Assembly: GCF_040938485.1 (NCBI RefSeq)
Contig: NW_027271288.1
Span: 1,116,001-1,180,000 of the forward strand
Direction of reading: 5' to 3'
From: Diadema antillarum
Taxonomy: Eukaryota
Length of the DNA: 64,000 nucleotides
The position numbers and the translations under genes were made by a program. Of the stretch, positions 1-13,929 are shown one piece after another. Numbering within the stretch: position 1 is the stretch's first letter; the number at the start of each line of letters is the position of its first letter. The notes beneath the pieces are model-generated. The model did not search any database and was not told the origin of the DNA. It saw nothing but the letters and a program-made list of their open reading frames with translations.

Positions 1-1086
1 CTTTTTGTCTTTTACTCTTCACCAAATTTGTGATACGAGCCCTCATCGTCCTTCATCAAACCTGAATTAGAGAAAATAAACAGAGAAACAAAAGGAAAAA
101 CAAAGGTTGCTATGAATGATGAGGCAACAAGCAAACCCGGGATGCAAGGTAGTCAAGATAAATATGCAGATCAGTAGCATGTCACATGCAAATTGTAGCT
201 TTCTGGATAATGATCTTTGATTTTGATAAATTGATGCAAAACATAGTCAAGGAAATGCAATCAATAACATGAAATACCAAGAGAAGAATTCTGATTAAAA
301 CAAAAATTTCAACAAAAATTGTAATATTGCTTACTGTACAAGCACTATAACTTTTGATGCATACACTGTATGAAGGGTGATGTTCTTCAGGTAAGATCCT
401 AGTAAGCTGGCAACTGGCTAAAGACCAACATTATTACATAAGAGTGCAAACAAATCCTGGTGACAATACAGATCTATAGAAAATAGGAGGAAATTGGAAC
501 ACAAAAACATGCTAAATCTGACTGACATGGTTGTCAGTTTATGGTTGCCATGGCAACCAGCAATATTGGACATAACTAAAACATCAAAATGTTTGTAATA
601 AAATTTCAGGTACAGTCACCAAATTTGATTGAAATTGAGTCAAGGGCATAGGAGTGGCAAATGAAAATAATTATGATGGGGGCTTGGGCTTTATAGGGCT
701 AACAATTCTCATGTCAATTATGATATTTTCCTTGTACTAGATTAGAATTTAGATCTAAATTAGATTGAGTCAAACTGTTTTTTTTTTACAACTTCATTAC
801 TGACCATTCAGAGCAAAAAAATGTTTTTATGCAACCACTTTTTTCAGTGAGGAGGATCTTCCTGAGGACTTGAATAGTAAGCAATGGCCTTTTATGCTGC
901 ATAGTAGCTATGCATGAAGTGCTGTGATCAATCGACTACATGATGACCAATATTGCCTGGCTAAAAGCAGCTGCAGCACCCAAAATGAACTTAATTTAGT
1001 ATATTTACATGTAGAAGGTTCAAAATATCAGTATTCTTTTTTTTACCATAGTAACAGGAAGGTAACGTGGGCTTCAGTTGTATGTA

Positions 1087-1566
1087 TACCTCCGCCAAGG
1101 GAGGAGATTATGTTTTCATTACCGTTGGTTTGTTTGTTTGTCCATGTGCACGATAACTCAAAAAGTTGTGCACGGATTTGGATAAAACTTGCAGTCAAAG
1201 GTTTAGTATGACACAAGGAACTGACAATTAAATTTTGATAGTGATCCCGACATTTTTATGGATTTTATGAAGGATTTTCGATATTTTGACAGGTTGGGTC
1301 AATGAACTTGAGAGTTCAAGCAGCTATTTTTTTAGGATTTCATACGCACACTAAAGTGCATGTTCTAGTTTCTGCTAGGGCAAGGCGCGCCGAACAGCTC
1401 AGGGTTTATGACATAACAAAGGCTTCTACAGTGTATATTGGGAAATGGGCAATTTTTCAGCCTGCATATGTATGAGTGGAAATCACTGATCGCTATGGAA
1501 GAGCAAGATCATCGGTGGAAAATACTGCTTGGCGGAGGTCTGCGCTCTCAGAGTGCTTTTCTAGTT
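1087..1566 (-). mobile_element. Helentron/DINE-1-like non-autonomous element, family A copy 1
   Basis: Subterminal inverted repeats CCTCCGCCAAG (1089) / CTTGGCGGAGG (1528), GTTT/GTCC microsatellite, terminal hairpin, AACTAG 5' end on the minus strand; second copy at 62467-62943. Confidence 0.7.
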
Positions 1567-3922
1567 TTGTGTATTACATATCGTCGCTGGGGTGACAAGA
1601 CCTCGTATCTGCAAAATGTCAAATGTTCAGGAGAGCCAAAAAACATGGCGGCCAAAGCACTATAGCAAATGGGATAGCCTTTCCTTTGACATGCCATGGT
1701 GGCTTCATTTTAGGAGTAAGACAGTTGGGATTTGGACAGGACATCACTTAACCCATTATTTGACTATTAATCAAAAAAAGTCATTTTCGCCAAAATTGCA
1801 GATACAAGGTCTTGTCACCCCAGCGATGATATACTTGTATCAATATCCAAAAGATTAATTTCCTCATTTCAGCAGCAACAAAACTGCTGAGACTGTCGAA
1901 GTGAGACTGACCCTTCTTTTGGTTTAATGTCTCCACAACATCTGGTCATCAATGCATAAATCCAACAAATTAAATTAAACTTAAAACTCCCCTGGATAAA
2001 GAGATGAGTGACACTGAGAAATTACAGACTGAAGCAGAATTGACTTAATTATGGTTGCCTGAGGATTATACAGTACACTTACTTTTTCAGAGAAGTTTTA
2101 GTCTTAGAGTTACATTGTAGTCTATCTTTTGCTAAACATAGTATGAATAATAACAACCCACTTCACTCAAGCTGATTTTGATTGCATTTTGTGTCTCACT
2201 CATCCACTCATATTTAATACACAATGTAATAGTTTCCAATCATGGCAAACAGTTCTATTAATGCTTGGAAGAAAAAAAAAGAAGCAATCAACAATCAGTT
2301 TCTAGAGATACAAGTAGGTGCTCTATGATTCACAAATATTTTTCACCCATAGGAGCTTCGCAGTGTCTCTTCCTATCTGTTTTCATTCATGCAATAATAT
2401 AAGAGCATCATGATACAGTGCCAAAACAAAGTATACAATGTAATGTGTCATATAGGAATGTTGCAACAAGTTTCATTTGTGCATCATGCAAGTAGCAATG
2501 TTTAGTGGTTACCATGCTTTTGTTATATTAGTAGCAATCATGCTTGCATTTTGACCCAATTAATAGCATTTTCATGAATATGCAACCATGCAAATATACC
2601 AGGCTTACCACATCATGCTCTGTACTTTATGAAAATCATTAAATACACATTATAATGCATACTAGGGTCGGACAATGGCACAGTAACTAATGTGTTATTA
2701 ACCATGGAGGCAGTCAGGGTATTCAACATGTCATGTATCATGTGCGCTGATAAGCAGTTTTCAGCTAATTGTTCAGTTTCCAAGCATAAGTTTGTATCTA
2801 AGATAAAATGTGAAGGCAATATCTGACGTTGTACAATGCAGAAATGTGATCTTAACATGAAATTACATTATTTACAATGTGCTCCTTCTCCCTCCATGAC
2901 AGATTATAACAAATAAGAAAACAACAGACAGCAGGGTTTAAAAATGACTATTTGCTCACAGATATTTGGCTGAAACTTTCACTAGCAGGATCAGAACAGA
3001 TGCCCCCCCCCCCCCCGAGAAAGAGAGAAAAGAAAGTAGAAAGATCATCACAAAAATACAGAACATAGAACAGAGAGTACGAGCTACCTACTCACATCCT
3101 GAGAATTCACATAATTGAAGATAACAATTTATACTCTCTGCACTTGTGGTTTTCTGTTTAATTCAGTATATGCCGTATTTAGCGAGTCTAGTTTCCATGA
3201 ATCGGGACTTCCCGACAATTTTGCGAGTGGTTAAATTCACTATCGTGGAGTGCAGTGCTGAATATAGAAATGTATGCATGCACGTCACATTCATATCGGG
3301 ATCGGAGTCAATATTTTGCGCGTGCCTTTAAATTCGCGAATAGCACCTAACTCACGAAATTTGTGGAAATAAACACCTCGCAAAAATTAAGCGTATACAG
3401 TAAACAAAATTTGGATACAATTTATACAGTTCACACACTATACTCTCTTTCACAAGTGTTTTCATTTCTCTCTGTTTATTATTATTCAATATCTTGATGA
3501 TACGGTTGTAATCATCACACAAAGTGAGTATCACATTGTTCTGGCCTAATATTATCTGGAAATAATCCCACTGTACTAATCGCAAAGAACCGCAGATATC
3601 AGTTAAGTTCCAAGTCCCCTGAATTGGCTAAAACTGAGTCACGTTTGACATACAGTTTCACAGTACGAAGTCTCTAAGAGAGGAATATGATATGATGTGA
3701 AATATATCTGATGTATTACTGTATTTGTAGAGCCTTAGTTTCATGCAGGCATCAAAGATTTAAAACAACAACAACAACAATTGGGGATAAAGGGATTACT
3801 ACACTGGCTACTGCCCAGCACAGAATTTTGATATGTGGAGAAGGACTTTTTATAAATGAAAACACTGGCTTTCATTAACGTTAGTCTTTTGTGTGTAAGT
3901 TACTCATAAACATTAAGAGCTC

Positions 3923-4027
3923 GTATAAGATAGTATAAGATAGTATAAGAGTCTAGGTATAAGATAGTATAAGAGTATAGGTATAAGATAGTATAAGAGT
4001 ATAAGTATAAGATAGTATACGAGTATA
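3923..4027. repeat. 24-bp minisatellite (GTATAAGATAGTATAAGAGTATAG)n
   Basis: About 4 units; produces the YSYTILYL repeat in the spurious ORF 3900-4091. Confidence 0.85.
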
Positions 4028-4193
4028 AATCTTGATATTGAATTATTTGCAACACTGAAATGTGTATAACTCTGTGATTATCAAGAACCATCCAATACCT
4101 GGCAAAGTAAACATACAGTGAAATATTTCATGGTATGAAAATGTTTGCAAAATTTATATTCTGCTGACCTATTCAGTGGTAATAATACAAGTA

Positions 4194-4400
4194 CTGTAAA
4201 ACACAATATATTCACAGCATGAAAATTTTGCGAATTGGAGCCGACGGCCTTTCTCGCAGCATGAAATCTTCGCAACTTGCCACTGGCATCCAATGCATAT
4301 TGTGTAGGCAAGAACTTTAGCATGCATTTTAATTTCGCGAATGTTGCCGATCGAGAAATTCACAAAATTAAAATGCATGCGAACATTTCTTGTTTTACAG
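4194..4400. mobile_element. Tc1/mariner-type MITE
   Basis: TA-CTGTAAAAC...GTTTTACAG-TA termini. Confidence 0.75.
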
Positions 4401-4949
4401 TATTCTATGAAACATCAAATTGCATACAACTTCAATAATTGAAGTGCTGCACAGACCCAACAGGGATGTCTCTGCTTCTAATACAAGCACTACACAGACC
4501 ACACAACAAAGTACAAATCTTTTCATTTACATTTTGCTGAGGCTCAATGATCTTGACAACTAAGGATTGACCTTTTACTCTCTCTAGTCTGCACAAAGAA
4601 GATACTTTCTGTATTCATTACACTAAATATCATTATAATCATATTGAATTCTGATATACGCCTAGTAGAATTTGTGGCCATAAACAGATTCAAGCTACAA
4701 TTAGGTAACCACTGGCTTTGACATATATCTTACTTTTTGCTCCAACATTTCAGGCTACTACCTGGACTTGCTTAAATTCATTGCTATCCTGCTTACCAGA
4801 TAATATTACCATGTGCAGGACATTCCTAGCTGAAGTCACGACCAAAGTGAATCAGAATGACATCTTTATTCAGAACACAATAACCTTTTAAGTGACAGCA
4901 CCTTAGCACCCCCCTCCCCCCCCCCCCAAAAAAAAAAAAGAAGAAGAAG

Positions 4950-6030
4950 AAGAAAAGAGACCCGGGGGTCTTGCGCTCACCTGAGTATCGCAAGTTCACC
5001 TTTCATGCAGTCACTTACCTAAATCACACACAGCTCCACCAAAATTTGACCCTGAGGCATTCTCAAGTACAAGATGTGACAATTAGGGCCAAAATTTGGA
5101 CCCCACCCCCCCCCCCCCCCCACCCCTACTCATAGTTTCAATTTTAGCTCTATCACTTCTGGTTCTAAAGGAGAAGATTTTTTTTTTTAAGATTCCTTAA
5201 TTTGGGGGGATAGGGCCCCCCTGGGGCCCCCCTGGGTGGGGCATGGTGCCAATTTTAACAAATTGAGATTCTAACCCCCTAGGGATGCTACCTGTCAAGT
5301 TTGGTGAAAATCCATCATGAAGTTTTCAAGAAGAAGATGAAAATGTACAATTTAGGAACCAATTTGGACTTCCCCACCCCTCCCCCTGCCCCTTGAGGGA
5401 GGCATCCCTGGATCTGCTATGAACAAACTTGAAACTACAGTCATTAATGTACTAGTTAACTCATAGTATTAACTTAGCTGTATCACTTCTGATTCTAGAG
5501 AAGATTTTTAAAGATTCCTTGATTTTGGGAGGTTTAGGCCCCTTGGGGCCCTCCAGGTGGGACAGGGTGCCCATTTGAACAAATTGAGATCCTATGCCCC
5601 TAGGGATGCTACCTGCCAAGTTTGGTGAAAATGGGTCATGGGGTTCTCAAGAAGAAGATAAAAATGTACAATTGGGCCCCATTAGGACCCCTCCCCATCT
5701 CCCTCCCTTGGGTCCCAAGGGGGGCATCCCTGATTCCGCCATGAACAAATTTGAAACTACAGTCATAACTGTACTAACGCATAGTATTAACTTAGCTCTG
5801 TCACTTCTGGTTCTAGAGAAGAAGATTTTTAAAGATACCTTAATTTGGGAGAGTTTGGGCCCCCCTGGGTGGGTTATGGTGGCCATTTTAACAAATTGAG
5901 ATCCTAACCCCCTAGGGATGCTACCTGCCAAGTTTGATGAAAAGCGGTCTTGGGGTTTTCAAGAAGAAGATGAAAATGTAAAAAGTTTACGGACTCCGGA
6001 CGCCGGACAGAGAACGATCACAATAGCTCA
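4950..6030 (+). mobile_element. Helentron-like element family B with about 3 internal 320-330 bp tandem units, 3' truncated
   Basis: 5' GCTCACCTGAG subterminal repeat (4975); units start at 5151, 5481 and 5799; ends GGACGCCGGACAG...GATCACAATAGCTCA without the expected 3' hairpin. Confidence 0.65.
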
Positions 6031-7203
6031 TAAACATCAGCATCCATTACAGCAGAGGCACAAAAATACTGTTGTCCATGAAATCATCTTTTTTTTCATG
6101 TAATTTCCTATTTTCTCAATATCATTCTACAGATGTTTGTCTTAATGCATAGTTTGCAAGTTTGTCAGAGAAAGGTGCAGGTGTGATCATGAGGAACAGT
6201 ATGCTACATGGTCACTTGAACTGTCTTTCAGTCAGGGCTGTACACACACAGAACTTGTGAAGACTATCCTGGTTGCTGGGAATCTTTTACAGTTGTACAT
6301 TGGTGGGGAAAACCAGTTTAATAATAGGCTTCAGCAAGACTGGTTTCAATCATCCAGTTCACTTGTAAAAAATTACAGCGTGACCCTGAACCCCCTTAGC
6401 AGAGTATTCCTAAAGCCACTTTCAAACTTGTTCAAAACATTATCATTAGGATTCAAAGCAATGTACAAAGAGGGTTAATGGTGCAGAACTTGTTAGACCA
6501 GTATACTGCAAACTCCTACTTAATGGAAGAATCATTAATGTGTGGTTAGGTTAGAAGGAACATAGCAGATTAGCACATCACCTGATGTCAGCATTAATGT
6601 GAAAGTTATAAAAGTGTGAGGCAAGAATAGGCGTAGTTCTAACAAAAGTAAAGGTTGTGAATTGTCTTTGCAGCCACATCTATTTCAATGCTGTCATTAA
6701 GAACATCATTTTTTTTGTTAATTTATCTTAAAAAGAAGACATTATGCACATTACAAATATTTTCTGGGATCACATAACACTGTGTGGGTGGTTACATGAA
6801 TGAACTTTGAGGTTTGATGGATACGTCTGTTGCTCTACAGCAGCATAAAAATACTTTGAAAAGAGTAAAAATTACTACATTTATAAGAACAATTGAACAA
6901 TATGATCAAATCTACACTGCCATGAATTATACAAAAAGTATATCTGTACAGGGAAAATCTATAAACTGCATTAAATCAGAATTGCAGTGGCATAAATGTA
7001 TGTGCAAACAGTGAACAATAACACTTCATGAGTTTTTTCTCCCATGACAAATGCTGGCTACAATGTGTCTTAAGGCGTCTTTCAATGGAAGGAATGGACT
7101 TGATATCACGGATATCACACAGTAAACTCTGATGAGAGGGTAGAACAGCACTATTGGCATAAGCAGCAAGGAAGAAGCAGAGGTCAAGGGTCAGAGGATG
7201 AAT

Positions 7204-7232
7204 TCAGGTGGATGATGGGTCGACATGCAAGC
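7204..7232 (-). CDS. PTTG1IP: PTTG1IP-like probable terminal coding exon
   Basis: Strongest downstream acceptor (tttattttgtttccatgtcaacag) gives in-phase (G)LHVDPSST-stop, completing a 173-aa protein. Other in-phase candidates exist (see findings). Confidence 0.55.
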
Positions 7233-10200
7233 CTGTTGACATGGAAACAAAATAAATGTCACGACAATGGGATGAAATGTCTATGGGACTGGGTCACCTG
7301 ATCTGGGTCACCTGATGCAAAACACATCATGTTATACAAACATGCATGCATGGCTTTTATAAAATGTCCCTACTTTTCATTTTACAATGTATTTCACATC
7401 TGAGCGCACTTATTAGCCATTTTTTCCTTTAACTGTGAACAGAGCACATGACCAAGGTAAAACAACTCATCTCTATCAGGCGATAAAAAAAAAAAAAATA
7501 GCCAAAAAGGAAATCATTTTGATTCTAGGAAATCCTGTCTCCAAATAAAGGTAATGCGCTACAAACTTTGCAACATACTTTGTTGACATTAGTGCAGCAT
7601 ACATGTATTGCACCATCAAAATGTTTGATTGCATTGTTGTTATTTTTTTTATTTCTCTTATAAAAGCAAGCACGTGAGGGTCAGAGAGCAGTCAATGGGG
7701 AAGAGACATCCATTATGCCATACTAAATAATGGGGTAAAAATAAACAGTTGTAAGGATATGGATCATACCATGTCACCTGCAGAAGATTATTAGTATATT
7801 GAATAGGTACACATGCATGTGAGAGTTGTTACAAGTGATTGCTTTACAACGTAAATAAATAAATAAATAAATAAAAAATGTTGTTTCTCTTCCTTTAGCT
7901 GTTAGTTTGGCAATGAAGAAGTTCACTTGATTTCTACAATGACACTAATCAGATACTACAGAAATGGCTGATCAGCATTAAAAAGAAGTCAACTACATGT
8001 ATTAAACAGCACTACACCATGTAACAGGACACACAAAAAAGAAAAACAAATGCTTACACCACCTTCATCTGAAGAAATTTACAAATATATAATTCTAAAG
8101 TGGTTAACAATGGAGGGGGAAAATTGGCATCGGATATCTTGTACAGATGGTACAAATGAATGTTTCAAAGTATTCTAAAACTTCTTGAGTTAAATAGTGA
8201 GTAAACTGATATTTGCAAAATCAACAAATGACCATAATGCCTTCCATAATAGAAAATGCACTACATTGTATTTATACAGTATAGTAATCCAAGGTGGAAA
8301 ATAAAACAAGTTTTCTCCTGATAAGAGGTGAATCTTATTCCTCATTCTGTATTTATGGTTCTCAACCATGAATGCAATCATTCAAGAAATTATCTGACAA
8401 ATCCAGCTCCTACAAATTATACTTGTAAAATATATGGCGCACACAGTAGCCTAGAGCTAAGAGTCCTAGCAGTTACACAATTCATGTATTCACTCTGCCA
8501 CAGACTCTTCTTAAAAAGTCACCTCCAGCCTATTACAGAGAACTGGATGATAAACCTGCCAAAGACTGTATGAGGAGATTATCAGCCCACTTGCTCATTT
8601 ATTCTTGCTTCTTATTACATGCCCTGAAGAGGTTTATCAGCCAGTAAATCCTATGGTACTCAGGTGTTTGAAAAGCTTTTGAAAGCTTTCTAATTCTCTG
8701 CCTAGTTACTTTAATATAAGATGATACTCACTCACATAAATATGCTATTTTTGTCAGAAAAATCCGTTTCATAGAGGTCCTTAGTCTGGTCAAAGACCTC
8801 GAAAAACATTTTCACCAATCCTGTCAATATAGGCCGACTTTATAGTCTAAGCCTTTTTATGAAAAGTAAATTCATTTCAAAGAAGAATATCAGCACGTAA
8901 TACGGTAAGCATAGAAAACAGAAATTTGTAATTACATCTTTGCACGTATTTTCTTCCTCTAAAGAAGAGAAAAGAAAATTGTATGATGATATCACTACAC
9001 ATGACATTCACTGTACAAGCCTTTCTGGACAGTACATCTAAGCAATAAGAGGCAATGGTGCTACCACAAACCTTTCTCCCTCATTTACTTCACCATGCAA
9101 ACCTTCATGCAACATATACAATATGAGGCAACTTTACTTCAGCAAAGAAATGACTGCCCCTTGCATGACAGGCACCATATACAGTATTGTAAATTCAGAA
9201 AGGAAAGGAAAGCTTCATATTCAGAGCAAGGGTAAGGTCATCAAACTGATAAAGCATTTTCCTTTTGGTCTAGATGTTCGTTTAGTCAATAGTGGCACAA
9301 ACATAACTTCCCTCTGCACATAACACAAAACAGCATACATGTAACTTGTATCAATGTTCATATTCTCATAATTGTTCACTTCTGGTTCCTTTCATGTAAG
9401 CACAACTCTAGTATCTATGTCCTCAAGAACACAACATTTTCCACTTGATAGAAGTAGCCACACCAGACTTTGGGTCTTCTTGAAAGCACCTAGGGATCAT
9501 CTTGAAAGTTTTGAGTGGTCTTCTTGAGAGTTTCTAGGGGTCTTCTTGGACTGCAACTCTCCATGCACGGCCAGGAATCCAGAACACAGACTCTGAATAT
9601 CTTCAATTTGAACAATCTAAGACTGGAGGTCCTTGACATTGCTGTATGAATGTCAGAGTCGTCTACACTCAATAACCCACTCACTAGCTGGAGGCCTTTC
9701 ATTAAGCGTTTTGTCCAACAAATTTGTTCAACAAATTTGCTCTCAGTCAGTCTGATGCAAGGATTTCAGTAGCTTATAACAGTTTGTCAGAAAAAAAAAA
9801 ATGACCAATCACTTCACGAAATTCCCTCCAGATTGCAACTAAATAAAGTGTGGTACTTGTACTTTATTGACTAACGTGTAAATCACTGAAATAGCACAGT
9901 ATTTCTGAAGGTTTAAAAAAATCTGCACAACTTTGAAGTGTTACAGCACTGTAAAAGACATAGTCAGATATTTCACTTTGTAACTGAAGCATGAGAACAC
10001 CACAGTCAGTGTCAACAAAGCCAAACACAGTATATTCTAGGTTTCTTGTTTGGTGGAAAGAAGGATTGATTTTAATACCTGCTTTATATACTACACCTCT
10101 TAAAACAATACATGGCGTAATGGTAGTGACATTACTGTACGCCCAATATCAAAGAGGAATCCTAGGGTTCTTAGAACATTGTATTTATGTACATCATTTC

Positions 10201-12416
10201 CACCAGGCTGTTTTCTATGAAAGTACGCTTTTCTTGTCTACACAATCTTTCAAGATATCTTGTTACTCTGTATCTCATATCAATAAATACATTATCATAA
10301 TATGACATGTGGTTTGTCCATACTGTTGGGTTGTGATGAAGAATGCAAAGATAATAACACGGCACGTTGGCAATACTACAACACATCACTCTGATGAAGA
10401 CAAGGGTGTTCACACAGAAGCACAGACACATCAACATGAATTCACATTTGACATTTACACCCTGCTGCATGAACAGAAAAAAAAATACAGAAAAAAGACA
10501 GATACTCTTTGTGATTTGTGACTTTCTTGCTCTCACAATGATATAGAGGATTTGTGACTTTCTTGCTCTCACAATGAAGAGGATTGTGACAGTCCAGACA
10601 CACTGGGTTCAGTGAAGAAAGAGGCACACTGCAGGCTTTAACACACAAGTGATGACAATGTACTGAAAGGTACAATATACTGAGTGTGTAATATTCTGTG
10701 AAGAGCAAGACTTACACACATACAAAAATATGCATCATGTTGAGAAAACACATGAAGTTGCAGATGTTTGATGATATACAATGATGTAAACTTGGGATTT
10801 ATCGTAAGATATTGAGGTGAATACCAATTCACTACAGTACAGTAAGCTGCAAATTTAGGTAAGCACATGGAGTGCTTTGGTGCGCGATGATGACATTTGC
10901 AACCATGGAATGACTCACAGGTTTGCCCCCGCATTATGCCAAAGCTTTTACAGCATTGATAATCTCTGGATTTCTATTTTCAATTTTGGAGATTCTCCAG
11001 AATGAGACAAGGCTTAATAACTTTGAGAGTAATAGCTTTTAAGATGAAACCACAAGGGTATAGTACCTTGGATTCAACACATTAAAGTAGTTACACTTAA
11101 AAAAAAAGAATAATGAGAGAATGTCAATGTGCTTTGAATAAATATTCATAATAATTCACTCCTTTCATCTCCCACTTCTATAAGAGAGAAACATTTAATA
11201 TGCTCATGTTTCTAAGGTTGGCACCAACTATGACTTTTATGATGATGCAAGCAATGGAGAGTTTGAAGGAACTGAAATACATGTCTTGTGAGTGATCTTT
11301 GCAAAGAAGATGACATACAAAAATTGTAGCTTCTATGTAATTTGTACAAGTTTACTGATTTATCTTCTGTGAAGGACTATACAGTTGATTTGCTTTATGT
11401 TTCAAACCACATGTGCAAAGGAGAAATTACTTTTTCAAGGTATATGACTTGAGGCAACAGATTTACAATGCTCCACAAATTGTTCACTTACCTGGATGTC
11501 ACACATGAAAGGGCTGTACTTTATACAGCTGTACCTTCCCTTTCTTAATTCCTTGAGAATTTATGGTTGATGACATTTATTAGCAAATTACATTAACCCT
11601 AGACAACAATACAGTCTATAGATATCGCAGAATGAATACACAATCAGGATAATGATGCTATTGTATAATATAATCACAGCTGTTTTACTGTCTATCTGGC
11701 TAAAGTCCTACAGATAACAGCTTTGAATCAAATTTTCTACTTGGGACTATTGTGTTCTAAAGTACAATCTACTATATGGGGAGACTGTCCTGGTGTTACT
11801 GTCCAAAAAGAAGTTATTATTAAAGGGGACTGTTCACAAGCCCAATTTTGAACAATTCAATGTCAGTTCATCTATCGCTGGGCTTTAATTTTTTTCTTAC
11901 TACCTAAATTCTCTATGCCTTACAGAATAGAACCTATGATCAGGTTTTTGAAAAACTGAAGAGTAGCATTGTCAATATACAGAGTAGAGGAGCTATCATT
12001 GATAACTGAAGGAACAGCCAACATAGGCTAAGTTTGACACTTGTTCACTGATATTCATATAATTGCATTTTGCAGAGATATTCTTCTTTAATAAAGCATA
12101 ATATCCTTGAAGCACCCTTCCTTCTTTTTTTTTTTCTTTAAATGATGCTATCTGGTCAGTTACTGCATAAATCACTAAGACTTCCAAAATGTGCTGGGAT
12201 GTCCCTTACAATTTCTTATTTGATTATTTCCATTAATCTTGACATCTATGGACACCTTCTGTATTTTCCTACTAAGAGAGATTCCTCAGATTTGCCATGA
12301 CCAGTGTTAGTGTTAGCCACCATCTGACATTTCCTTATTACCACAATGCACTCTGGAGGTTAGTTTTCCATTCCCACATAATGCCAGGTAGATACCAGAT
12401 GCCACAACAGACTTAC

Positions 12417-12463
12417 CGTATTTACGCCTTATCTCGTCATTCTTGGCCTTGCGCTCTGCTTTC
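12417..12463 (-). CDS. PTTG1IP: PTTG1IP-like exon 6
   Basis: Acceptor ctactccttttcag, donor gtaagt; 47 nt; KAERKAKNDEIRRKY(G) matches the family motif DEIRKKYG. Confidence 0.93.
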
Positions 12464-13408
12464 CTGAAAAGGAGTAGGAAAGAAAAAAAAACACAAAAAT
12501 GTTGTTTCATTTCCTGCTGCAAAATTTGATATCATGAATGTAAACACAAGAGTATAGAGGTTCAAGTTTCTCTGTGAGTGTATGCACCTAATCATATCAA
12601 AACATAATAACAAATACATATGTACATAGTCAATATTTAGGTTTTCATTATGGTCTAAAATATAATCAAATATGAGTTCCCATCAAAAACATTCTTGTAA
12701 TAAGGAAACTACTGTACACTCCTCTACATGATCTCAAAAAATCTTCTCTGGTTTGTATGTGTGCATTTCTTTTTGCACAAGTGTAAAGTGTTCATTAAAA
12801 AGCTATTAAATGGATACTGGTATCTGCCAATGGGAAGGAACAACAGATAAATTCTAGTGTAAATTGTTCCCGACTACATGCACTGATGAAAGAGGAAGTA
12901 AACTGTCTTAACAGAATGAAACTGAATGTGTGTAAACAATTTAGCAAAGGCTGATGTATTCAATGAATATCTCCGTTCAATCATGAAAATGGTTTGAGTG
13001 GCATTTTGTAGCAGTGGTTTCAAAAAAAGTGCTGCAACCAAACAATATTTGTGAATGTTGGCCCAAAATAAAAGTGGATACTCAGGAATGGGTTCATGTT
13101 CATCAAACTCACTATACTGGGTATCGTAACAGAATAAATATGCCCAGCATTATACAACCATAGTATCCTATTTACTGTATGGTATACATAGAATGCTTCT
13201 GCTTACAAATATGGAGAACTTACCATCATAAGAAAAGTGAACAATGCAATATCTGTACTTATTTATCTACAAGTACAGTTTATTCTTGAACTAGCGTATC
13301 CTGAATGTGAAAGTGTTCTAGTAACAATTCAACAAATATTATGGAGAACAAAATGACAGAAATCTAAACAAGATCAAGATAATCAAGTGAGATCAATTAA
13401 TCTCTTAC

Positions 13409-13474
13409 TTCTGTTCATGTTTCATCTTCCTTTCTTCCTTCTGTCTCTCTGTCTTGGCATCTTCCCGAGCCCAT
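13409..13474 (-). CDS. PTTG1IP: PTTG1IP-like exon 5 (charged cytoplasmic helix)
   Basis: Acceptor cttcctctttcag, donor gtaaga; 66 nt, phase 2 to 2; WAREDAKTERQKEERKMKHEQ(K). Confidence 0.9.
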
Positions 13475-13929
13475 CTGAAAGAGGAAGTTTTAATGAGAGT
13501 CGTGATGTGTACCATGAACACCATGACCCATGAACACGCAATGCAATTTTTAACAGCAGGCAAATGACTAATAAGCAGAGAGTTTGTACTGTACACACAA
13601 ACTATCCTGTTGGACTGAATCTGTCGAGACTATCTTGTATATAATGCCTTTCTGATCCCATTTATCTATTTTTTCTTCCTTCTCTTGTCCAACTTTCCAT
13701 AAATGAAACATCCTTACATACATACAGTGCGCTCAAGATTTATCTTTCAAATTGTGTATTCCAAGAATTCTTGTACTTTTATGCACTTGCCGGAATGACT
13801 ACATGTATTCAATAGGTACAATGTATCAAACCATAAAACATATAAACCATATACATTGTACTACATATATCACCTACTACGGAAATCTAGAACAGCCATT
13901 CTAGTACTCTTTGATCAAAACAATATTAA

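Noticed and set aside
1-65. Hammerhead-like UUGAUGAAG motif on the minus strand at the window start
   Set aside because: The core is mutated (no CUGA, no GAAA). At most it is a dead PLE-type remnant.
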